Position numbers and translations under genes: made by a program. From an uncultured Candidatus Saccharibacteria bacterium (GTDB taxonomy: Bacteria > Patescibacteriota > Minisyncoccia > Phycocordibacterales > UBA918), in the NCBI GenBank assembly GCA_964593375.1, contig CAZQIF010000003.1:11210-75209 (forward strand): 64,000 bases of DNA, in the 5' to 3' direction. The notes beneath the pieces are model-generated. The model searched no databases, was not told where the DNA came from, and was given only the letters and a program-made list of their open reading frames with translations. Within the stretch, counting starts at the first letter, position 1. Each line of letters begins with the position of its first letter. Positions 9,226 to 17,555 of this stretch are shown here, in pieces.

Positions 9226-10197
9226 ATGGCCAAGAAAATGAAAGAAAAACAACTCGTTATCTACCAGACAAAGTCGGGTGCTCTTGAGTTGCGTGGTGAT
9301 GTCGAGAAAGAGACTCTGTGGGCAACGCAGACACAGATTGCAGAGGTGTTTCAGTCAGAACGCTCAGTTATTACAAAACATATAAGAAACATTCTAAAGG
9401 ACGGAGAACTTGAGGAAAATTCAGTATGTGCAAATTTTGCACATACTGCCGAGGATGGAAAAGTATACCAAGTAAGGTTCTATAATTTGGATGTAATTCT
9501 TGCGGTTGGTTATAGAACAAATTCAAAAAAAGCTGTTGAATTTCGCCAGTGGGCAACGAAGACACTCCGCGAACACATCACCAAAGGTTATACCATCAAC
9601 CGCAAGCGCATTGCTCAAAATTATGATGCACTCATGAAGGATGTTGAGGGTATACAAAATCTTTTACCTGAACACGTTACACTCGACCCTAAAATAGTCC
9701 TTGAACTCATCAAGGAGTTTGCTTCGACATGGGTGTCGCTCGATGCATACGATAAAGAGTCTCTGGAACTCAAAGGAATTACCAAAAAGCGAGTAACACT
9801 CGTGAGTGCTGATCTTCATACTGCGATTATGGATCTTAAGAAAGAGCTCATGCGAAAGGGCGAGGCAACTGATATGTTTGCGTCCGAGCGTAAGGCAGGG
9901 AACATTGAAGGAATTGTTGGTAACGTGATGCAGTCATTTGGCGGAAAGCCCATGTACGCAACTGTCGAAGAAAAAGCGGCACATCTTCTCTATTTCATGG
10001 TTAAAAATCACCCATTCACTGACGGCAATAAACGTTCAGGTGCTTTTGCGTTTGTGTGGTTCCTCAGAAAAGCCGGCGTGAAGGGAAGTAGAAATATTAA
10101 TCCCGTAGCGCTTACGGCACTCACCCTTCTTATTGCTGAAAGTGACGCACAGAAAAAAGATCAAATGGTTGCACTCATCACGCACATGTTGCGGTAG
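9226..10197 (+). CDS. RhuM-like N-terminal domain fused to Fic/Doc domain
   Basis: ETLWATQTQIAEVF, YNLDVILAVGYR..S..A..FRQWA (RhuM family); HPFTDGNKRSG Fic/Doc motif. Confidence 0.9.
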   Translation: MAKKMKEKQLVIYQTKSGALELRGDVEKETLWATQTQIAEVFQSERSVITKHIRNILKDGELEENSVCANFAHTAEDGKVYQVRFYNLDVILAVGYRTNSKKAVEFRQWATKTLREHITKGYTINRKRIAQNYDALMKDVEGIQNLLPEHVTLDPKIVLELIKEFASTWVSLDAYDKESLELKGITKKRVTLVSADLHTAIMDLKKELMRKGEATDMFASERKAGNIEGIVGNVMQSFGGKPMYATVEEKAAHLLYFMVKNHPFTDGNKRSGAFAFVWFLRKAGVKGSRNINPVALTALTLLIAESDAQKKDQMVALITHMLR

Positions 10198-10216
10198 TTT
10201 TTCGTGGCCTGTTGGA

Positions 10217-13200
10217 TTATTCAGGAGATTTTTCTTCTGTACCACCAAGCGCTTTTACCTTCTCAAGCGCAATTGTTGGCTCTTCATTTCTGATTGAGAG
10301 GCGGCCTTTCACGGCGACGCAGGTGCCGGGGATGAGGAGATTTTGGTGCGCGCGATACGTTTCAGGGAATGCGACGAGTTCAACGGTGTCGGTATAGTCA
10401 CCGAGCTGAACGAAGGCCATTTTCTCTCCCTTTTTTGTGAGTAGCTCACGTACGGTTTCAATCATACCAGCGGTCACAACCGGAATGCCGTTTCGGCTGT
10501 CTCGTTTGATGCTTGTAATCGTTGAGCGTTTTGCAAGTTCTTCTGCATACTCATCGAGCGGGTGTCCGGAAACATATACGCCAAGAAGTTCTTTTTCCCA
10601 CGTGAGTTTTTCGATTTTGGTGGCCAGAGGAGCTTCGGCGAGAGTCACTTCGTGGAATGCGACATCGGGAACAAGTCCAAAGAGTGAGTCTTGAGAGGAT
10701 TCTTTGCTTGATGCGTGTTCTTTGTGGTACGCGAGGAGGACGTCAATATTTGCGAGCATTCTTCCACGATCTTCAAATCGGTCGAAGGCCCCCGACATGA
10801 TGAGTGCCTCGAGTGACTTTTTATTTAAATTTCTATTTGTGATTCTCTTGAGGAAATCTGAGAGCGATGCAAATGGTCCGTTAGTCTTACGCTCTTCGAT
10901 TATGGCTTCGGAAATGCCTTCGCCAAAATTCTTGATTGTGGTCAGCCCAAACCTGATTTTCGCGGGCACGTCGTGCCCCAGGGTACTCTCTCTGCCTTCG
11001 GCATTCACCTTGTCGTGCGCCGGAACAACTGAGAAGGGCCCGAAGCTCTCATTTATGTCAGGTGGTAACACCTCAATCTGCATGTGCTCACACTCGTGAA
11101 TAATTTCCGAAATTTTTTCGGTGTCGCCGGCGTCTGCGGTGAGTACTGCAGACATATACTCGACCGGATAGTTCGCCTTCATGTATGCGGTCTGGTATGC
11201 GACGCGACCATAGCTCGCGGCGTGTGCCTTGTTGAATCCGTAGGCGGCAAATGGCTCGATGAGTTTCCAAAGTTTTTCAGCAAGCATGGGGGAGAGCTTT
11301 CCAAATTCAGTAAAGCCCCTCAGAAGCTTTTCTTTTTCTGCTTCCATAACCGCGGGAATTTTCTTTCCCATTGCTTTGCGGAGCATGTCGGCTTCGAGCC
11401 ATGAGTAGCCCGCGAGCTCGCGCGCAATCATCATGACGTCATCTTGGTATGTGATGACACCATAGGAACGCTCGAGTACTTTTTCAAGGCGTGGATCAAG
11501 ATACGCAATGAGTTTCGCATTGTGTTTGCGTTCAATGTACTGTGGAATCGATTCCATTGGCCCCGGGCGATAGAGGGCCACCATCGCGTTGATGTCGTGA
11601 ATCGAAGTCGGGCGTAGTTGCTTGAGAAATGCGGTCATACCGGAACCGTTCAATTGGAAGAGACCCATGGTTTCGCCGCGTGCGAGCATCTCAAAAGTTT
11701 TTTTATCGTCGAGTGGAATATTTTCAATATCGATTTCAACTTTGTGAATGACACGCACGCGGCGCACTGCCTCTGCAAGAATAGAGAGGTTTTTAATACC
11801 GAGAAAATCGAACTTGAGAAGCCCCACACCGTCTTCACCAACGGAGTGCATTTCATACTGCGTGATGAGTTTGCCGGTTTTCGGGTCGGGCTGGAGTGGT
11901 ACAAACTCCGTGAGTGGTCGCGGTGCAATCACGACACCCGCTGCGTGCACACCCACATGGCGCACACGTCCTTCAATTTGTTTCGCGAGGTCAATGACCT
12001 GCTTGGTGTCAGGATCTTTTTTGTAGAGGTCCATGAGGTCGGGTTCAATATCCATCGCATGCGTGATGGTCATTGGAAATCCTTGGCTTCCCATCGGAAT
12101 GAGTTTTGCAATGCGGTCGCCGGTTGAATATGGATGACCGAGGGCGCGCGCGACGTCACGTACCGCAGCGCGCGCCATCATGGTTCCAAAGGTACCTATT
12201 TGTGCAACATGGTCTTGGCCATATTTCGCGCGCGCATAGTCGATGATTTCGTCACGGCGGTTGTCGGCATAGTCCATGTCGATATCGGGAGCGGATGGTC
12301 GTTCAGGATTAAGAAAACGTTCGAAGGGAAGTTTGTACTCGAGTGGATTTACATTGGTAATACCGAGCACGTAGGTTGTGAGTGAACCCGCGACCGAACC
12401 TCGAATGGTGGTGAGAATTTTTCGTTCGCGTGCTTCACGAATGAGGTCACCCACGACGAGAAAGTATTTTGCATAACCCTTCATCTTGATGACTGAAAGT
12501 TCGTAGTCGAGGCGCTCTTTCACAATAGGGTCTTCGAGCGTGAGACCGCGCCACGCCACACCCTCATACGCAGTATGGTGGAGTTCATCATCAGGTTCAC
12601 GCTTGCTCTCAATTTTGTAGTCGGGGAAATACCAGTTTTTTCCGGGTGACATCGTGACGGTGCATGCTTCGGCAATTCTGACCGTATTTGCGAGAGCCTC
12701 GGGGGTATCTTTAAAAAGTTCTTTGGCAGTTTCCTGTGAAATAAAAGAAAAGTTTGGGGCAAGTTCACCACTATCATCAGTGGTGTCGAGAATACCACCG
12801 TGCTGAATTTTGAGCATTGCTTCACGCGCGAGGTGGTCGGTTTTATTTAGGTAGTAGACATCATGCGCCGCAACAAGTGGTGTTCCTGAACGTTTTCCGA
12901 GCGCAATAATTTTTTCTTGGAGTGCCTCATGTTCCTGAATTTCTGGATGATGGGTGACCTCGAGGTAACAGTGTTCACCAAAAACGCTCTTGTACCAGTC
13001 GAGACTTGCTCCAGCTTTTTCCGCATCTCCGTCTTTGAGTGCAAGCACTGGTTCACCACTAAATGAAGGGATGATGCAGACGAGATTTTTTCCAAATTCT
13101 GCGAGGAGATCATGGTCGATGCGTGGTCGGTAATAGAATCCATTCACGTATGATTCGGTCACCATCTTGATGAGGTTCACGTACCCATCATTATTTTGTG

Positions 13201-13510
13201 CAAGAAGCACGACACGACCACGAGGCTTATCAATACCAGAGTCTTTGTCGTTCCGCGTGCGTGGTGCGAGATATGCATCGATGCCGATGATTGGTTTTAT
13301 ACCTTCCTTGGTGCAGGCTTTATAAAAATCGATGGCACCATAGAGGGCACCGTTATCGGTAAGCGCAAGAGCGGGCATACCAAACTCTTTTGCTTTTTGT
13401 GCAAGTTCTTTTGGCTTAGGAATCGCACTCAGAAGTGAGTAATGCGAATGAGTATGCAAGTGAATAAAATCGGCACTGAGTTCCTGTCTATCTGGCATAG
13501 TAAAATTCAT
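10217..13510 (-). CDS. dnaE: DNA polymerase III alpha subunit (start may be ATG at 13498)
   Basis: HLHTHSHYSLL PHP domain, RGSVAGSL, FERFLNPER..PDIDMD, GLLKFDFLG, YGFNKAHA, C-terminal OB fold. Confidence 0.98.
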   Translation of the reverse strand: MNFTMPDRQELSADFIHLHTHSHYSLLSAIPKPKELAQKAKEFGMPALALTDNGALYGAIDFYKACTKEGIKPIIGIDAYLAPRTRNDKDSGIDKPRGRVVLLAQNNDGYVNLIKMVTESYVNGFYYRPRIDHDLLAEFGKNLVCIIPSFSGEPVLALKDGDAEKAGASLDWYKSVFGEHCYLEVTHHPEIQEHEALQEKIIALGKRSGTPLVAAHDVYYLNKTDHLAREAMLKIQHGGILDTTDDSGELAPNFSFISQETAKELFKDTPEALANTVRIAEACTVTMSPGKNWYFPDYKIESKREPDDELHHTAYEGVAWRGLTLEDPIVKERLDYELSVIKMKGYAKYFLVVGDLIREARERKILTTIRGSVAGSLTTYVLGITNVNPLEYKLPFERFLNPERPSAPDIDMDYADNRRDEIIDYARAKYGQDHVAQIGTFGTMMARAAVRDVARALGHPYSTGDRIAKLIPMGSQGFPMTITHAMDIEPDLMDLYKKDPDTKQVIDLAKQIEGRVRHVGVHAAGVVIAPRPLTEFVPLQPDPKTGKLITQYEMHSVGEDGVGLLKFDFLGIKNLSILAEAVRRVRVIHKVEIDIENIPLDDKKTFEMLARGETMGLFQLNGSGMTAFLKQLRPTSIHDINAMVALYRPGPMESIPQYIERKHNAKLIAYLDPRLEKVLERSYGVITYQDDVMMIARELAGYSWLEADMLRKAMGKKIPAVMEAEKEKLLRGFTEFGKLSPMLAEKLWKLIEPFAAYGFNKAHAASYGRVAYQTAYMKANYPVEYMSAVLTADAGDTEKISEIIHECEHMQIEVLPPDINESFGPFSVVPAHDKVNAEGRESTLGHDVPAKIRFGLTTIKNFGEGISEAIIEERKTNGPFASLSDFLKRITNRNLNKKSLEALIMSGAFDRFEDRGRMLANIDVLLAYHKEHASSKESSQDSLFGLVPDVAFHEVTLAEAPLATKIEKLTWEKELLGVYVSGHPLDEYAEELAKRSTITSIKRDSRNGIPVVTAGMIETVRELLTKKGEKMAFVQLGDYTDTVELVAFPETYRAHQNLLIPGTCVAVKGRLSIRNEEPTIALEKVKALGGTEEKSPE

Positions 13511-13524
13511 TGTATAGTATGTAG

Positions 13525-14157
13525 GTGAAAAAGAAAATTGACCGAAAAATTACTCATGTCATAGGAATAGATGAGGCAGGCCGAGGCCCATTAGCTGGTC
13601 CTGTTGCGGTCGGTGTCGCCATCGTGCCGGTCGATTTTGACTTTGAACGTATTCCTGGTGTTGGGGATTCGAAGAAGGTATCGGCGAAAAATCGCGAAGC
13701 GATTTTTCGCCGTGCCAAACTCCTCAAAAAACAAGGTGTTTTAGACTACGCAGTTGCACTTATTTCGGCAAAAATAATCGATAATATTGGCATTTCAAAA
13801 GCGGTACAGAAGGGAATTGAGACATGTCTCAGTTCCCTTCGACCAAATCCAAAATTGGTTGAAGTGAAGCTCGATGGACTCCTCAAAGCACCCACTGAAT
13901 TTACGGAGCAAGAGACCATCATTAAAGGTGACGCAAAAGAAAAGGTTATCGGTCTTGCCTCAATTCTGGCGAAAGTGACTCGAGACGCTCACATGTGCAA
14001 AATGGCAGAAAAGTACCCAACATATGCATTTGAGGTCCATAAAGGCTACGGAACAGCCCTCCATAGGGCTAAAATACGCCAAAATGGGCCCTCTAAGGCC
14101 CATCGCAGGTCTTTTGTGAGGAAAGTACTCAAAGGCACAAAGTACGAGGAAAAATAG
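13525..14157 (+). CDS. rnhB: Ribonuclease HII
   Basis: GIDEAGRGPLAGPV, DSKK, KGD, ASILAKVTRD, HKGYGT, HRRSF. Confidence 0.97.
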   Translation: MKKKIDRKITHVIGIDEAGRGPLAGPVAVGVAIVPVDFDFERIPGVGDSKKVSAKNREAIFRRAKLLKKQGVLDYAVALISAKIIDNIGISKAVQKGIETCLSSLRPNPKLVEVKLDGLLKAPTEFTEQETIIKGDAKEKVIGLASILAKVTRDAHMCKMAEKYPTYAFEVHKGYGTALHRAKIRQNGPSKAHRRSFVRKVLKGTKYEEK

Positions 14158-14384
14158 GGGATTTCACTTTTTGACACCATAGGGAGATGTTTTAACTAGT
14201 TTTTGCCACAGAATTTCGTGAATCTTTGATTCACGAAATGAGTGGGGCTTATTTTTTAGCAGGCGCGGAGGCGCCTTCTTTAGCTAGAATAAATCCCTGG
14301 TCCTGTGCTTTTGCACAGGGATTTCTACAAAGAAGATTGCCAATTGCATAAATTCTAGATATTTGCTATAGTTCTGCCCACTAT

Positions 14385-14750
14385 ATGGTTATACGAATGC
14401 GACATACGCGGTCCCACACCGGAAACCGCCGATCACATCACGCGCTCAAGGCGCCAACACTTTCGAAGTGTACACACTGTGGAGCGACTCATCGTCCTCA
14501 TCACATGTGTCTTGAATGTGGTTATTACAATGGACGACAGGTAATGGATTTGACTGCACAGAAAGCCAAGCGCGATGCACGCATCAAAGAAAAGGAGGAG
14601 CGTATCCGCGTCGAATCAACAGGAGGTGCAACCCCAGCACAATCAGCCGAAACTAAGGAAGCGGTCAGTACCGAAAACGAATCAAAGAAAGCAAAAGAAA
14701 AAAACAAGGAGGGGAAGCCGAAGCCAGAACCAAAGTCATCTCAGATTTAG
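14385..14750 (+). CDS. rpmF: 50S ribosomal protein L32 (Zn-ribbon form) with long C-terminal extension
   Basis: RRSHHAL...CTHCG...PHHMCLECGYYNGRQV. Confidence 0.95.
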   Translation: MVIRMRHTRSHTGNRRSHHALKAPTLSKCTHCGATHRPHHMCLECGYYNGRQVMDLTAQKAKRDARIKEKEERIRVESTGGATPAQSAETKEAVSTENESKKAKEKNKEGKPKPEPKSSQI

Positions 14751-14761
14751 GAATCCACATA

Positions 14762-14786
14762 GAAATCCCCGCAGAGCGGGGATTTC
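14762..14786. terminator. Hairpin after rpmF
   Basis: GAAATCCCCGC-AGA-GCGGGGATTTC. Confidence 0.65.
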
Positions 14787-14838
14787 TCGTAGTAATTCTG
14801 ATACACTAGACGCAGGACGAAGTTAGTTCATTATTTTC

Positions 14839-15735
14839 ATGGCAAATAGGCATCTATCAAGATCAATTGTTCTTCAATCACTCTTTGAGTGGGATTTAAA
14901 TGGTGTAGAAAAAAGCCAAGTACGTGAAGTACTTGGTAGAAATGTCGATGAGTTCGCGCCCAATAAGGCAGACTCACCGTTCATGGAAAAACTCCTCGAC
15001 GGTATTTTACAAAAACAACCAGAGCTCGACTTAATTATTGAAAAGGCCGCACCTGAGTGGCCGATTGATCGTATCTCACCGGTAGACAGAAATATTCTTC
15101 GTCTCGGGCTTTTTGAGCTTCTTTTTTCAGACCGAAGCGAAGTTCCTGCAAAGGTTGCAATTAACGAAGCAATCGAACTCGCTAAACAGTTTGGTGGAGA
15201 AAATTCAAGTAAATTCATAAATGGTGTCCTTGGCGCAGTCTATAAGGAGATTGGTGAACCGGGGAAGGAAGAAGTTTCGAAGCGAAAGAAAAAAGATGTC
15301 CCGTATGAAGAAATGCCAATCGAGCGCCTCGCAGGTGCGGTAGTGTATGCGGAGCATGAGGGTGATATTTACCTCGCACTCGTGCATGATATTTTTGGTC
15401 ACTGGACGCTTTCAAAAGGTGGCATTGAAGCAACTGAGGAACTGAAAGTGGGCGCCACACGAAAGATAAAAGAGGAAATTGGTCTCGAGATTGTCGTTGA
15501 TGCAGAGCTCGGACAGAATGAGTACATTGCATCACAGCCAGAAGTTGGAAAGGTTCGCAAGCAGGTTTCATATGTACTCGCAAAAGCACCGTTCCAAGAA
15601 CTCACACTCGAGAAAAAAGGTGGTCTCGATGCGGCACAGTGGTTCCGTGTGGCGGATATTTTGGAGTTGAATTTTTATGAAGATATATTACCTATCGTCA
15701 CGAAAGCCGTCACCATGTTAGTTTCAAGGAAATAG
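14839..15735 (+). CDS. nusB: Transcription antitermination factor NusB fused to a C-terminal Nudix-like domain
   Basis: DRNILRLG..EL, PAKVAINEAIELAKQFG...SSKFINGVLG; C-terminal WTLSKGGIE....GATRKIKEEIG degenerate Nudix box. Confidence 0.92.
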   Translation: MANRHLSRSIVLQSLFEWDLNGVEKSQVREVLGRNVDEFAPNKADSPFMEKLLDGILQKQPELDLIIEKAAPEWPIDRISPVDRNILRLGLFELLFSDRSEVPAKVAINEAIELAKQFGGENSSKFINGVLGAVYKEIGEPGKEEVSKRKKKDVPYEEMPIERLAGAVVYAEHEGDIYLALVHDIFGHWTLSKGGIEATEELKVGATRKIKEEIGLEIVVDAELGQNEYIASQPEVGKVRKQVSYVLAKAPFQELTLEKKGGLDAAQWFRVADILELNFYEDILPIVTKAVTMLVSRK

Positions 15736-15768
15736 GACAATTACTTTGATCTCTTCTGGTACTCTACG

Positions 15769-15865
15769 AAGCGTTTGATTATGGCGTCTTCACAAAGCAT
15801 TAGGAAAAGCATTGTGAAGACGGACTCGGAAAATATAATCGCTAGCGCTCATTATTTTCCGGCCA
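15769..15865 (-). repeat. Structured intergenic repeat family A, copy 1
   Basis: Reverse complement aligns with 46700-46793 and 16787-16880; two hairpins with compensatory changes. Confidence 0.8.
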
Positions 15866-16078
15866 CGCCTCAGCCTCAGTTCCTCGTGCGCCTCGCATCT
15901 TTCGCAATTCTAGCAATTTTCAAGTATTGCAAGATTGTTTCTACACTTAGTTTCACCTTTTTTATATTCCATAACCTATATTCATTATTCAATATCCCAT
16001 ATCCTATATTCCATATTCAATATCATATATTTTTACCTTTTCATTTTTAATTTTTAAATTTTGTGTTAGTCTAGCGCC

Positions 16079-16789
16079 ATGACCGATATGAGCGACATCG
16101 AACAATCTCTTACAAATCTCCAAAAAAAGCTTGGGGTGACCTTTGTTGACCCTCAGCATCTCCTCACGGCGATTACACACCGTTCCTATTTAAATGAGCA
16201 CCGCGAGGCAAAACAAGACCACAATGAACGTTATGAGTTTTTGGGTGACGCCGTACTTGAACTCGTGGTGACTGATTTCCTTTTTCAAAAATACCCAGAG
16301 AAACCCGAGGGTGAACTCACTGCCGTTCGTGCTGCGCTCGTGAACACTATTTCAATTTCTGAAGCCGGAGTGCGTCTTGGCATCAATGATTTCCTCCTCC
16401 TTTCAAAAGGTGAGGAGCGCGATACGGGACGGGCGCGCCAGTACATTCTCGCAAATGCCTTCGAGGCTATCATCGGAGCAATCTATCTCGATCAGGGATA
16501 CGAATCTGCAAAAAACTTTATTGGCGATGAGCTTTTCGATCTCACCGATACCATTGTTGCAAAGCGCTTGTGGCAAGATGCAAAGAGTCGCTTTCAGGAA
16601 CTTGCGCAAGAGCATACAAATATCACGCCGAGTTACGACATGATAAGTCAGGTTGGCCCCGATCATGACCGTGTCTTCACGGTTGGCGTCTTCTTAGGGA
16701 GTGAAAAAATTGGAGAAGGAAAGGGCCGTTCAAAACAAGAGGCTGAACAAGAGGCAGCCCTGAAAGCAATTGAAGCGAGAAATTGGTGA
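16079..16789 (+). CDS. rnc: Ribonuclease III
   Basis: NERYEFLGDAVL signature, ANAFEAIIGAIYLD, C-terminal dsRBD (GKGRSKQEAEQEAA). Confidence 0.98.
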   Translation: MTDMSDIEQSLTNLQKKLGVTFVDPQHLLTAITHRSYLNEHREAKQDHNERYEFLGDAVLELVVTDFLFQKYPEKPEGELTAVRAALVNTISISEAGVRLGINDFLLLSKGEERDTGRARQYILANAFEAIIGAIYLDQGYESAKNFIGDELFDLTDTIVAKRLWQDAKSRFQELAQEHTNITPSYDMISQVGPDHDRVFTVGVFLGSEKIGEGKGRSKQEAEQEAALKAIEARNW

Positions 16790-16880
16790 CCAGAAATTAA
16801 GGAATGTAATGACTATAATTTCTGAGTCCGTCGACACGTGCTTTCCCTATGCTTCGTGTCGACGCCGTAGTCAAACGCTT
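16787..16880 (+). repeat. Structured intergenic repeat family A, copy 2 (begins at rnc TGA)
   Basis: CAGAAATTA..GGAATGTAATGACTA..TAATTTCTG-AGTC-CGTCGACAC...GTGTCGACG. Confidence 0.8.
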
Positions 16881-16998
16881 TGTCAGGTAATGATTAGGTG
16901 ATTTCTGAGTCCATGGCCTAGAAGTTAAAGAGCGCAAGCGTAGGCGATTTCACCAGTATAGGGCATCGATGTTTATAGACTCATGGTAAAATACAGCC

Positions 16999-17544
16999 AT
17001 GAGATTTTTTAATAATACACAAAAGCACAAAGGTTTTACGATGATAGAGGTTGTAGTCGCCGTTGCTATTATTGCTCTGCTTGCTTCAGTTGTTATTCTG
17101 AGCATTCAGGAAATTAAAAAGAAGTCTCGTGACGCACAGCGATATTCTGATATGTCTAATATAGAACTTGCCCTTCGGTTATATAAAGATAGTAACGGAG
17201 AGTATCCTACGACGAATAATGAACAAAGGTCTGTCTGCACAAATGGAACGGATCCAACAGCACGAGATATCACAGGTCCTAATGGATATATACCTAATTT
17301 GGCCCCCACGTATCTTCCGGTCCTTCCAGTTGACCCCAGTAATTGCAACGATTCAGGGTCAGTGCATGGATACTTTTACAGATCAAATGGGACAGATTAC
17401 AAATTTGCTATTGATTTTGCTGCAGAGAAAGGTTCTGAATGCGAACCTGGGAAGAAGTTTGATGACCCATACCCAGGTCGTGATGCGGGAACTGGAGAAC
17501 TCTGGTTCTGCTCAATTTTCTCACCAGGTGCGGCAAATTGGTAG
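16999..17544 (+). CDS. Type IV pilin / GspG-like pseudopilin
   Basis: Class III signal KG|FTMIEVVVAVAIIALLASVV; SRDAQRYSD...ALRLY..NGEYP; LP.DP motif. Confidence 0.9.
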   Translation: MRFFNNTQKHKGFTMIEVVVAVAIIALLASVVILSIQEIKKKSRDAQRYSDMSNIELALRLYKDSNGEYPTTNNEQRSVCTNGTDPTARDITGPNGYIPNLAPTYLPVLPVDPSNCNDSGSVHGYFYRSNGTDYKFAIDFAAEKGSECEPGKKFDDPYPGRDAGTGELWFCSIFSPGAANW

Positions 17545-17555
17545 TTTTTATTTCA

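Noticed and set aside
14211-14325. Cluster of hairpins between rnhB and rpmF as a riboswitch
   Set aside because: Hairpins are real but match no motif I recognise and lie upstream of the probable rpmF promoter (TTGCAT...TATAGT)
15775-16050. ORF similar to the 46600-46791(-) ORF (SQSIRKSIVKTDSENI vs TQSITKSIVSTDSENI)
   Set aside because: Similarity comes from family A non-coding repeats; the substitutions preserve base pairing, and the remainders are low-complexity or antisense to uppP
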